Part shown: positions 32,474 to 41,454 of the stretch, piece by piece | Layout: every line of letters begins with the position of its first letter | How positions within the stretch are numbered: the first letter of the stretch is position 1 | Origin: Sedimentisphaerales bacterium | GTDB lineage: Bacteria; Planctomycetota; Phycisphaerae; Sedimentisphaerales; Anaerobacaceae | Assembly: GCA_963708075.1 (NCBI GenBank) | Contig: OY970194.1 | Location: 5,024,001 to 5,088,000 of the forward strand | Reading direction: 5' to 3' | Length of the DNA: 64,000 bases | Made by a program: the position numbers and the translations under genes | The notes under the pieces: model-generated | The model's database searches: none | Told to the model about the DNA's origin: nothing | Seen by the model: the letters and a program-made list of their open reading frames with translations, nothing else

Positions 32474-33949
32474 TCAATGCACGTCGAGGAGGGAGTTGTA
32501 CTCGCCGTAGGGGTTGAGCTCGGTCCGCTCGTTATAGGGGTCCTGCTGCCACTGGCCGTCGACGACGAGCCGGTAGCGGTAGGTGCCCTGGGGCAGCTTC
32601 ATTTTGAGCTGCCAGACGCCGGAGTCGCCAACCCGCTGCATGGTGGTGGTGGCGGGCTGCCAGTTGTTGAAATCGCCGGCGATTTGGACGTTGCTGGCCC
32701 GCGGATAGAGCGTGACAAAGACGACGGCATCCTGGATCTGGTTGACGCCGTAATAGTCGCTGAGCTTCTCGTCGATCGTCGGGGCAGGCTTCGTGGCTTG
32801 GACCACCGGCTCGACGGCAGGGGTTGCGACAGTGGTCGGGGCGGCGGGCGATGCAACCCGGGCCGGGGCCACTGGGGCGACCGTGGCGACCGGAGCCGCT
32901 GCTGAGACAACAGCGACCTCTGCGGTTGCAGGGACAGCCACTGCCGGGGCCGTTGCGATCGGAATTGCGGCGGGCGGCGCGATGGGAGTCACAGGAGTCG
33001 GTGCGGGAGTCACCTTGTGCGGGTGGACGGTCGTGCTGATCGGGATTGTCTCCAGAGGCTTCGGCGGCTCCGCCACGACGGCCGGCTTGGCCGTCTTGAG
33101 CAGCTCGGTCGCACTGGCCCCGATGGATTCGAGCTGATCGGCCAGCGAGTCCACCAGACGCTTGCTCTTGACCTGCGGATGCTCCGCCGCCCCGATCACT
33201 TCCTGCGCCAGAGATCGGAAATCCTGTTGGCCCTTGCTCGCGGGATCATATTCGCCGATGGGCTGGCCGAAGCTGGCCGCCTCTTTGATCCGGGTGTTGA
33301 AGTTCACCACGGTCTTGAACATGCGGTCGGAGAAGTGGGAGCGGAGCTCGGCGAGGATCTCGCGGGCCATTTTCGTCCGGATGTCGTACATGCTGGCCAG
33401 CACTCGCACGGAGACGTCCTGCTGGCATCGCTTGCAGAGGATGCTCAGCGTCTCAAGCTGCTTGCTCAGCCCGTGCAGGGCGAAATACCCGGTTTCGACG
33501 GGCACCACGACATCGGTCGCCGCCCGCAGGGCGTTAAACGTCAGCAGACTTACCGCCGGAGGGCAGTCCACCACGCAAAAATCATACTCGCCATCCACAT
33601 CCGTCAGGACATTCCTCAGGCAGCACTCGCGATCGGCGATCCCGGCCATCTGCTGCTCGAACGCCGACAGGTCGATACTCGCCGGCGCCAGTTCCAGGCG
33701 CTCCCCGATCTGCCACAGGATCTCCGTCAGCCGCATCGGCTCGCCCCGGCTCTTGCTGATCAGCACGTCATAGATGCTCTGCTCGATTTGCTCCTCAGGC
33801 ACTGCCAGCCCCACTGCACAGTGCGACTGCGAGTCCATATCCACCAGCAGCACACGTTTGCCCAACTCCGCCAACGCGCTGGCCAGATTGATGGACACCG
33901 TGGTCTTCCCACAACCACCTTTTTGGTTCACGATCGCAACTGTTCTCAT
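32474..33949 (-). CDS. ParA/Soj-family ATPase fused via a Pro/Ala linker to a C-terminal AMPK-beta-type glycogen-binding (CBM48-like) domain
   Basis: NQKGGCGKTT, DMDSQ, DCPP, NALRAA. C-terminus AGDFNNW...GVW...GTYRYRLVVDGQWQQDPYN...NPYGEYNSLL. Confidence 0.88.
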   Translation of the reverse strand: MRTVAIVNQKGGCGKTTVSINLASALAELGKRVLLVDMDSQSHCAVGLAVPEEQIEQSIYDVLISKSRGEPMRLTEILWQIGERLELAPASIDLSAFEQQMAGIADRECCLRNVLTDVDGEYDFCVVDCPPAVSLLTFNALRAATDVVVPVETGYFALHGLSKQLETLSILCKRCQQDVSVRVLASMYDIRTKMAREILAELRSHFSDRMFKTVVNFNTRIKEAASFGQPIGEYDPASKGQQDFRSLAQEVIGAAEHPQVKSKRLVDSLADQLESIGASATELLKTAKPAVVAEPPKPLETIPISTTVHPHKVTPAPTPVTPIAPPAAIPIATAPAVAVPATAEVAVVSAAAPVATVAPVAPARVASPAAPTTVATPAVEPVVQATKPAPTIDEKLSDYYGVNQIQDAVVFVTLYPRASNVQIAGDFNNWQPATTTMQRVGDSGVWQLKMKLPQGTYRYRLVVDGQWQQDPYNERTELNPYGEYNSLLDVH

Positions 33950-34675
33950 GTTTGTCTCCGTACACGACCCGAGATTCAGCCGCCGGTCCCTGGCGGCTCC
34001 CCAACCGTCGCAGGCCTTAAAATCCTGCATATCAGCACTGATCCACGCGAATTCACTGCTACAGTCTCTCTTTCGGCACGAATGTCCCCAAAACTTTACC
34101 CTTTTATGGGACGGCCCAATAAAAAGACCCCGAAGGTAGAGAAACCACCCCCTCTTATCGGCCCGTTACCCCCATCCCAACGTCCCACGGCGCCGAGCCA
34201 AAGGTGGAAAGGCGTGAGGGCAAGACGCGTAGGGTGCGCCTTGCCCCACCGCTCTGCCTGTGTTTCAAACCAGGAAGAACACCAGGCGCACCAGGCAAAG
34301 ACCCAGGCTTTGAACCAGCAACGAACAACCAGCAACAGACATAGGACGACTATCCACTATGTGGCAATACCACCTACTGGGTACATGGTGGAACTGGGCA
34401 GGCTGGGCAATGTACACACATGCGTGTCTGATGTCGTTGCGACAGGAGGGTGACAACCTCCAATCCGCAATCGGGCACGCCGCTCACCACTCCCGATTGA
34501 CAGATGCCTTCTCTGTGGCCTCCGCATGCCTGGCGAAAGGTGATCTCTTCTCGCTCACGGTCCGCATGGGCTGAAGCTCATCCTACACCTTCCTTTCGGA
34601 GTCAGCTTCCTTTATGATGGCGGGCGTTGAGTCATGTGGTGATCATCGACTTGGCCGGAGAGAAAGGAGAATGGC

Positions 34676-36664
34676 ATGAGCAAGGTAAATGTCGCTCGGT
34701 TGCGGCTGGTTGTGCCGATCGCGGTGTGCGGGCTCGTCGTGGGAGCGGTGTGGGCGGCGGGACAGGGGGACACGAAGCTGAATCTCCCCATCGCGGCGGG
34801 GCCGTTCCAGCCGGAGTTTGACTCGTTCACGCAGTACCAGTGTCCCGAATGGTTCCGTGATGCCAAGCTCGGCATGTGGGCGCACTGGGGACCGCAGGCG
34901 GTGCCGATGATGGGCGACTGGTACGCCAAGCACATGTACGTCCAGGGACACGTGCAGTACAAGCATCACTTGGAGACCTACGGCCATCCCTCCACGAACG
35001 GATACAAGGACATCATCCCGCTCTGGAAAGCGGAGAAATGGGACCCGGATCGGCTGATGGCGATGTACAAGAAGGCCGGGGCCCGCTACTTCGTCAGTAT
35101 GGGCTCACACCACGACAATTTCTACCTGTGGAACTCGAAACTGCACAAGTGGAACGCCGTGCAGATGGGCCCCAAGCGCGACGTCGTCGGCGACTGGCAG
35201 AAGGCGGCCAAGAAGCAGGGGCTCTACTTCGGCGTCTCCGAGCACCTCGGCGCCAGCTTCACCTGGTTCCAGGACAGCCATAAATCCGACAAGACGGGTC
35301 CGAAGGCAGGCGTGCCCTATGACGGGGCGGACCCGCAGTGGCAGGACCTGTACCACTTCCCCGCCGAACCGGGCGACACGGCGTGGTACAGCACGAACCC
35401 GAAGTGGCAGCAGCAGTGGTTCGATCGGATCAAGGAGTTGGTGGACATGTACCAGCCGGACCTGCTGTACACCGACGGCGGCGTGCCGTTCGGCAACGAG
35501 GTCGGCCGCAGCCTGATCGCGCATCTCTACAACGCCGATGCCGCACGGCACGACGGCAAGCCCCGGGTCGTGTACACCTGCAAGCAGGAATCCAAGGGCA
35601 TGTGGATCGACGACCTGGAGCGCGGCGTCATGCCCGGCATCCGCCCGACGCCCTGGCAGACCGACACCTCCATCGGCGACTGGTACTATAACAAGAACTG
35701 GAAGTATCGCGGAGCCGACTGGGTGATCCACATGCTCGTGGATATCGTCAGCAAGAACGGCAACCTGCTGATCAACGTCGTGCAGCGGCCGGATGGGTCA
35801 CTCGATCCGGAGGCCGAGCAGATCCTTGCCCAAATGGCCGACTGGATCGCCATCAACGGCGAGGCCATCTACGGCACGCGTCCCTGGCTGATCCACGGCG
35901 AAGGCCCGGTCCGCGCCCGGGGCGGTAGCTTCAAAGAGGACTTCGCTTACACCGCCAAAGACATCCGCTTCACAGCCAAGGGCGACGACACGCTATATGC
36001 GTTCGTCATGGGCTGGCCGACGGAGAAACAGATCACGATCCGCTCGCTGGCCAAGCTGCCCGGCGTGGCGGGCAAGATCAGCCGCGTGACGCTGTTGGGC
36101 TTCCGGGGCGAGATCACATGGACGCACGGTGCCGACGGCCTGACGATCCAGGTGCCCGATATGAAGCCGTGCGACTATGCCGTGGCGTTCAAGATCGCAG
36201 GCGAGGACCTGCGCGGCTTCAAACCGGAGCAAGCCGTGCCCACGGCCGGCGCGGTCGTCCAGCCCGATGCCGCCGGCAGATACGTGCTTGCCCCGGACAC
36301 AGTGGACCTGCACGGCAGTCTGCGGGAGGAAACCCGGGGCGGCCAGCTCAACATCGGGTTCTGGGATAATGCGAAGGACTGGGCTTCATGGAAGGTGAAC
36401 GTGAAACAGCCGGGCAAGTTCCACGTCACGGCCAGTTGCGCCACGGTCCATCCCGGCTCGTCGTTGACGGTCGAGGCGGCCGGACAGAAGCTGATGTCCA
36501 ACGCGCCGCAGACTGGGGCCTGGGACAAGTTCCAGGAAATGGACATGGGCACGCTGGAGTTCAAGCAGGCCGGTGAACAGGTCGTGAATGTCCGTCCGAG
36601 CGATCCGCAAACCTGGAAAGCTGTCAATCTCCGCCAGGTGACACTCACCCCGGCAGGCAAATAG
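34676..36664 (+). CDS. Alpha-L-fucosidase (GH29) with C-terminal CBM-like domain
   Basis: PEWFRDAKLGMWAHWG, HHDNF, DIVSKNGNLLIN and NGEAIYGTRPW motifs. Confidence 0.92.
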   Translation: MSKVNVARLRLVVPIAVCGLVVGAVWAAGQGDTKLNLPIAAGPFQPEFDSFTQYQCPEWFRDAKLGMWAHWGPQAVPMMGDWYAKHMYVQGHVQYKHHLETYGHPSTNGYKDIIPLWKAEKWDPDRLMAMYKKAGARYFVSMGSHHDNFYLWNSKLHKWNAVQMGPKRDVVGDWQKAAKKQGLYFGVSEHLGASFTWFQDSHKSDKTGPKAGVPYDGADPQWQDLYHFPAEPGDTAWYSTNPKWQQQWFDRIKELVDMYQPDLLYTDGGVPFGNEVGRSLIAHLYNADAARHDGKPRVVYTCKQESKGMWIDDLERGVMPGIRPTPWQTDTSIGDWYYNKNWKYRGADWVIHMLVDIVSKNGNLLINVVQRPDGSLDPEAEQILAQMADWIAINGEAIYGTRPWLIHGEGPVRARGGSFKEDFAYTAKDIRFTAKGDDTLYAFVMGWPTEKQITIRSLAKLPGVAGKISRVTLLGFRGEITWTHGADGLTIQVPDMKPCDYAVAFKIAGEDLRGFKPEQAVPTAGAVVQPDAAGRYVLAPDTVDLHGSLREETRGGQLNIGFWDNAKDWASWKVNVKQPGKFHVTASCATVHPGSSLTVEAAGQKLMSNAPQTGAWDKFQEMDMGTLEFKQAGEQVVNVRPSDPQTWKAVNLRQVTLTPAGK

Positions 36665-36746
36665 GCCCGCGCCGCCAGGGTCCGCGCAAATGTCACGGGG
36701 GCACCGGGCAGCCAAGAGAAATTCCCGCGAGCGGGGCACTTTGCGC

Positions 36747-36774
36747 TTGACAAAGTGGAAACGGTCGCTACACT
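36747..36774 (+). promoter_or_regulatory. Sigma70-type promoter of the secreted-protein operon
   Basis: TTGACA-16 nt-TACACT. Confidence 0.6.
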
Positions 36775-36870
36775 ACGCGTGCAACTTGGTAGTTAGTTCT
36801 TCACGAATGCGGTAATACGGTGTGGGGTACATAGGGTACGAGCATGGATGCTGCGTGTATGTTCCCACGG

Positions 36871-37090
36871 ACCGGTATCGCCGCTCCCTCCGACGAGCCG
36901 CTGTATCGACCATCCAAGCACCCGGCTGAATCCTGCTCCATCCGCAAGGCGTGTCTGTTCCCGCAGGGGACCAGCGTTTGACGGATGGCGGGGAATGTCT
37001 CAGCCGGAGACGCGCAGGACCCATCGTTATCCCTTTGCATCGGCTGTGCCGACACAAGGGCGGTGCGCCCGCGAGTATAGCGATACCGGT
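36871..37090 (+). ncRNA. Candidate structured RNA / leader element
   Basis: Nested complementary segments: 36871-81 with 37080-90 (11 bp perfect), 36922-29 with 37000-07, 36938-44 with 36982-88, plus a side hairpin at 37031-60. No known family recognised. Confidence 0.4.
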
Positions 37091-37340
37091 GCACGACAAT
37101 TTGGAACGTGAGCCGGAGCGTCTGTGTGACGCCGGCAGAGGACACAACATGGCATAAACGCTTGGAGGGTGTTCCGCAGGGGTTTGCCCAGGGAGGAGGA
37201 GGGTCTCCGCACGCATAGCGCTTCGGGCCCGTGGAGGGCTCGAAGATGGAGGCTGCCGGGAATCGTGAGCTCGCTTGGAGTCGGGCAGGGCTGCCGGGGG
37301 GCTTTTGCGCGGAATGGAGTCATAGTCGTGGGAAAGGAGA

Positions 37341-38582
37341 ATGATGATGAAAAGGATAGTGGCAGCGTCAATTTCTGTCGTGCTGACCGCCACGGCGGCG
37401 TGGAGCCAGCCCGTGAATTCAAACACGGTCCAGAGTACCCAGCAACAGAGCTCGATGGCAGTCGGCGGGGGCAATGCGGATTCGGTCTCCACGGCGATCG
37501 TGGGAGACAACATGGCCACCGCCCAGGGCGGCGTCGGCTGGTCGAACTCGACGTCCGAGGGCGGCACAGGGGTCGCCTGGAGTGACGGGGACTCGGCGGC
37601 CGTGGTGGACATCGACAGCACGTCGATCTCGCGGTACCACAACCACACGCCGCCAATGACGACGTATCCACCCTACCTGCCCCTGTGGAATCACGGCGGC
37701 TGGGGCACGATCAACGCCTATTTCCCCAACGGCCCGGCGGTCGGGGACGGCGCCTACCAGCGCTCGTTCAACCCGTCGGACCCCGAGGACATGCGTGAGC
37801 TCAGACGAATGCTCACTTCGATTCCATACGACGGTCCCCTCAACATGCTCGGCGGTGTACTCCGAGGCGTCGTGACAGCGTTTGGGGGACCGGACTACTA
37901 TCACCGCGGTCGCGGGTTTGAGATCGCCAACGCCCTCGTGCGCGATCGTCGCCCGCAGGGAAAACCGCTCGTGGTGTTCATCGATAGCCTGATCGACCCG
38001 CAGCTCCTCAAGGACAACGGCTACGCCTACGTCGGACGCATGAGCCTGGAGGGTAAGTGGGACCGCAACTGGGACCAGGTGTACAACGCCGCGATTGCCG
38101 AGGCGCTGCCGTGGGACGTGGACGTGCTGCTCATCGCCGGCGGCATGAAGGGCGTCACGGTCGGCTCGAACACCAGCTTCCCCTCCGCCGCCCTGGGCTA
38201 CGCCCAGGAGGATCATTCGCTGTCGCTGTTCGGCGGCAGCGCCAGTGGCGTGACGGAGGGCAAGGGCGAAGCGGTCGTCAGCGCATCGGGCTTCCGCTAC
38301 AGCCCGTCGCTGCTCCAGAAACGACGGATCCCCGAGGACTTGTTCGCGAAGATCCGCCGACCCGCGCCTGCGACAATGGGCGCGGCGCCGACACAGGCGG
38401 CGCTGCCCACGGCCGTGCGGGCCGCGACACCGACGGCCGCAACGGGACCGACCCCGGCCACCCAGGCGCGCCCGGCGGTTTCCGAGACGGCAGCACGCAG
38501 AGGGCCCGGTATCGAGGTGAGCCAGGAACTGTACAACATGGCCGGCTTCACCGGCCAAGTCGACAATGTCATGGTGAAATAG
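37341..38582 (+). CDS. Secreted hypothetical protein with a G/S/Q-rich N-terminal region and a possible YbjQ/DUF4156-like domain
   Basis: Strong SD (GAAAGGAG), signal peptide, pattern YVGRMSLEG...AIAEA...DVLLI...SASGFRY, Pro/Ala-rich tail. Confidence 0.75.
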   Translation: MMMKRIVAASISVVLTATAAWSQPVNSNTVQSTQQQSSMAVGGGNADSVSTAIVGDNMATAQGGVGWSNSTSEGGTGVAWSDGDSAAVVDIDSTSISRYHNHTPPMTTYPPYLPLWNHGGWGTINAYFPNGPAVGDGAYQRSFNPSDPEDMRELRRMLTSIPYDGPLNMLGGVLRGVVTAFGGPDYYHRGRGFEIANALVRDRRPQGKPLVVFIDSLIDPQLLKDNGYAYVGRMSLEGKWDRNWDQVYNAAIAEALPWDVDVLLIAGGMKGVTVGSNTSFPSAALGYAQEDHSLSLFGGSASGVTEGKGEAVVSASGFRYSPSLLQKRRIPEDLFAKIRRPAPATMGAAPTQAALPTAVRAATPTAATGPTPATQARPAVSETAARRGPGIEVSQELYNMAGFTGQVDNVMVK

Positions 38583-38746
38583 CGTCTCCGGGGAACGGGA
38601 ACACGGAGTATGGAGAGCGCCGCGGGGAGAAAGGAGGGCGCCATCCCGCAACGCATGGGGCGAGCATGAATCGCGCAGACCGATTGTCGACGCGTGGTCG
38701 GCGATCCAAAGGACTGTAAGACAGAAGGAAGCGAAAGGAGTTGACA

Positions 38747-39346
38747 ATGTCGAAGGTAGTTGTAGTTTCTATGGTTGTCGCATTATTGGCCGGTTCGAGC
38801 GCATTCGGCGACGTGCCCGCAGCGCTGAGCCAGATCCAGAACACGGACATCGGGTTGACCAATGTGATCGACCTGTTCAATGGGGATCAGGCGGCCAGTG
38901 CTCTGCAGAACCTGGCGGTCCAGAATGACCAGTTCACCAGCAACCCCCACAGCACCTTCGCCAGCCAGGCCCTGTTCGGAATCTTCGCGCAGGTCGGACA
39001 TGCCTCGGGCGACTGCTCGCTCGTGGGCGTGCTGCAAGACCTGGCGACGACCGGCATGCAGGCCCAGATGCTCGATAACGGCATGGGTGCGAAGACGCAA
39101 GGACAGAGCCTGGACCTTCTGGCCACCCAGGGCGTGCTGAAGGCCGAGGGCGCCGGCTCCGGCAACGCGCTCCACCAGCTTCAACTTGCGGCCGATCAGG
39201 AGGGCGGAAATGTCGCCGGGAACATGTCTCAGTCCAGTGCGATCCTCGGGCTGCAGAACGCAGACGTCACCGGCGCCGCCACGGCGACCGGCCAGGTGCA
39301 AAGCACCATGAGCGTGTCCACCGTGCAGAGCCAGGCCACCCTCTAA
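38747..39346 (+). CDS. Secreted Gln/Ala/Gly-rich repeat protein, paralogue 1
   Basis: SD AAAGGAG, signal peptide ending SSAFG, eight Q-x7-Q-type units. Confidence 0.8.
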   Translation: MSKVVVVSMVVALLAGSSAFGDVPAALSQIQNTDIGLTNVIDLFNGDQAASALQNLAVQNDQFTSNPHSTFASQALFGIFAQVGHASGDCSLVGVLQDLATTGMQAQMLDNGMGAKTQGQSLDLLATQGVLKAEGAGSGNALHQLQLAADQEGGNVAGNMSQSSAILGLQNADVTGAATATGQVQSTMSVSTVQSQATL

Positions 39347-39491
39347 GACGGCGGCAAGTCCTGACAGCGCCACAGTCATCCTCGGATGGTGGCGCGGGGA
39401 GCTGATAGCGCACGATCGCCGCATCATGGCGTCACGGGCCTTCGGGCTCGCCGGTCAGGCAAAGGAGTTTGCCGGAAAAGGAGTTGAGATT

Positions 39492-40082
39492 ATGCGTAAA
39501 GGATGTGCAGTTGCAGCGGTGCTGGTACTGCTGCTGTCATCTGCGTCCCTCGCCGCAATTGGCCAGACCCAGGGCTTCGTCCTGGACAACACACATGCCA
39601 TACTCACCACCGGGCCGGACGGCGCCGCCACGAACACCAACACCCTGATCGTAGCGCAGGACCAGTTGGCCATCGATGCGGGCGGTCATGTCCTTGCGTT
39701 CCAGGGTGAGACCGGCTCGCTGGTGCAAAGCGCCGGTGCTGCCGCCATCACCGGGATTCTTGGCGTGGTGCAGACCGGACTCGGGTTCGGCGCCCAGGGC
39801 CAGGTGCAGAATGGCTCGGGCTTCGATCTCGGGACGCAGCTTCAGGATCTCGATGCGAATCTGTCCCAGAGCCTCATCGGCGACGGGCTGGGTTCAGCCC
39901 TGGGACTGCAGAACTTCGTGGGATTTCAGACACAGATGGTCTTCACGATCTACGGCGCCAGTGCGAACAGCCAGGCCATCGGCGTTTCGCTGGCCGATGG
40001 CCTCGGCCGGCCCACGCCGGGCGCCGGCACGATTCTCAGTGCCGCAAGCGATATCGGCCTGACTCAACTAGGCGCGCAGTAA
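39492..40082 (+). CDS. Secreted Gln/Ala/Gly-rich repeat protein, paralogue 2
   Basis: SD AAAGGAG, signal peptide ending ASLA, aligns unit by unit with 38747-39346. Confidence 0.8.
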   Translation: MRKGCAVAAVLVLLLSSASLAAIGQTQGFVLDNTHAILTTGPDGAATNTNTLIVAQDQLAIDAGGHVLAFQGETGSLVQSAGAAAITGILGVVQTGLGFGAQGQVQNGSGFDLGTQLQDLDANLSQSLIGDGLGSALGLQNFVGFQTQMVFTIYGASANSQAIGVSLADGLGRPTPGAGTILSAASDIGLTQLGAQ

Positions 40083-40502
40083 TCTGCTTCACATCGGTGA
40101 TTGCCGGCAGGCGGAGCCCGACAGGATTCCTGCACAGGCTCGCCTTGCCGCACGCCTCTGGTCGGACGGATGGACGCAACGTCGCTCCGATCGACGGGAC
40201 AGCCAGCCCCCGACCAGAGGCTTCTTCTTGCGCCCGGCACGATCCCCGACGGCGCAGTAACGGTCCGCGCATATCCCCGTCCTATATAGTGAAGGTGCGC
40301 ACGGCACACCCTGTGAGCTCTGTGCGGTGAGGTGCCCTTCCCGGGAATCGGCCGGCCGGGTGGCCCTGCAACGCCGGCGGAGCTTGAACGCAAGGTGTCG
40401 AGCGGTTAAAATGATGGTGAGTTCTGGCGTAGAACTCAAATCCCGACGAATACGTAAGAATAAGATAGTGGTGTGCAGGGCACACGCTACGGGAGACTGA
40501 AC

Positions 40503-41447
40503 GTGACGACTGCGCGAGTGCAAAACCCGCTCCTGGGGCCGCTGAAGGAGAATCTCCAGAGTGTCATCTATGGCAAAAGTGACTCGATCGACGTGCTGAT
40601 CGTCGCGCTGCTGGCGGGCGGGTCGGTACTGATCGAGGACGTCCCGGGGGTGGGCAAGACGACGCTGGCCAAGGCCCTGGCCAAGAGCATCGACGCACAG
40701 TTCCGGCGGATTCAGTTCACCCCGGACCTGCTTCCGGCGGACATCCTGGGCTCTTCCATCTATAACCCGGTCAGCGGGGAGTTCCGCTTCGATCCGGGGC
40801 CGATCTTCTGCAATATTCTGCTGGCCGACGAGATCAACCGGGCCTCGCCCAGGACGCAATCGGCGTTGCTGGAGGCGATGAATGAGGGTCAGGCGACTAT
40901 CGAAGGCGAGCGGCGGCCGCTGCCCCAGCCGTTCCTGGTAGTCGCGACGGAGAACCCGATCGAGTTCCACGGCACGTACCCCCTGCCGGAGGCGCAGTTG
41001 GACCGATTCCTGATCCGGCTGGCCATCGGCTATCCGGCGGCCGACGTCGAGGTCGATATCCTCAAGTCGCACGCCCGAAGCCACCCGCTCGACGGGATCG
41101 CACCTGTGCTCACGCTCGAGCAGATCCGTCAGATTCAGAAGGAAGTGTCCGATATTCACGTGGATAACAATATCCTCGAATACATTGTCGAGATCATCCA
41201 CGCGACCCGGCACGACAACCGGCTCGAGCTCGGCATTAGCACGCGCGGCTCGCTGATGCTCTCGCGGGCGGCCCAGGCACGCGCGTACTTCGTCGGCCGT
41301 GACTTCGTGATCCCGGATGATGTCCTGTGGCTGATCCCGCACGTGCTGCCGCACCGCGTCATCTTGACCTCGAAGATGCGATATGACGGCGCGACAGCTA
41401 GGCAGATCATCGGCGAGATCGTCAACAGGGTCAAAGTACCGGTATAA
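40503..41447 (+). CDS. moxR: MoxR-family AAA+ ATPase
   Basis: DVPGVGKT, RIQFTPDLLPADI, LADEINRA and GTYPLPEAQLDRF motifs. Confidence 0.93.
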   Translation: MTTARVQNPLLGPLKENLQSVIYGKSDSIDVLIVALLAGGSVLIEDVPGVGKTTLAKALAKSIDAQFRRIQFTPDLLPADILGSSIYNPVSGEFRFDPGPIFCNILLADEINRASPRTQSALLEAMNEGQATIEGERRPLPQPFLVVATENPIEFHGTYPLPEAQLDRFLIRLAIGYPAADVEVDILKSHARSHPLDGIAPVLTLEQIRQIQKEVSDIHVDNNILEYIVEIIHATRHDNRLELGISTRGSLMLSRAAQARAYFVGRDFVIPDDVLWLIPHVLPHRVILTSKMRYDGATARQIIGEIVNRVKVPV

Positions 41448-41454
41448 AGGGATA

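Noticed and set aside
38747..40082. Assigning csgA/csgB or fapC/fapB symbols
   Set aside because: The repeat spacing matches neither curlin nor Fap consensus, and no csgG or fapF homologue was recognised.
34229..40491. GTAG-type REP singlets at 34229, 40294 and 40470
   Set aside because: Short and degenerate. Plausible, but not supportable from three weak copies.
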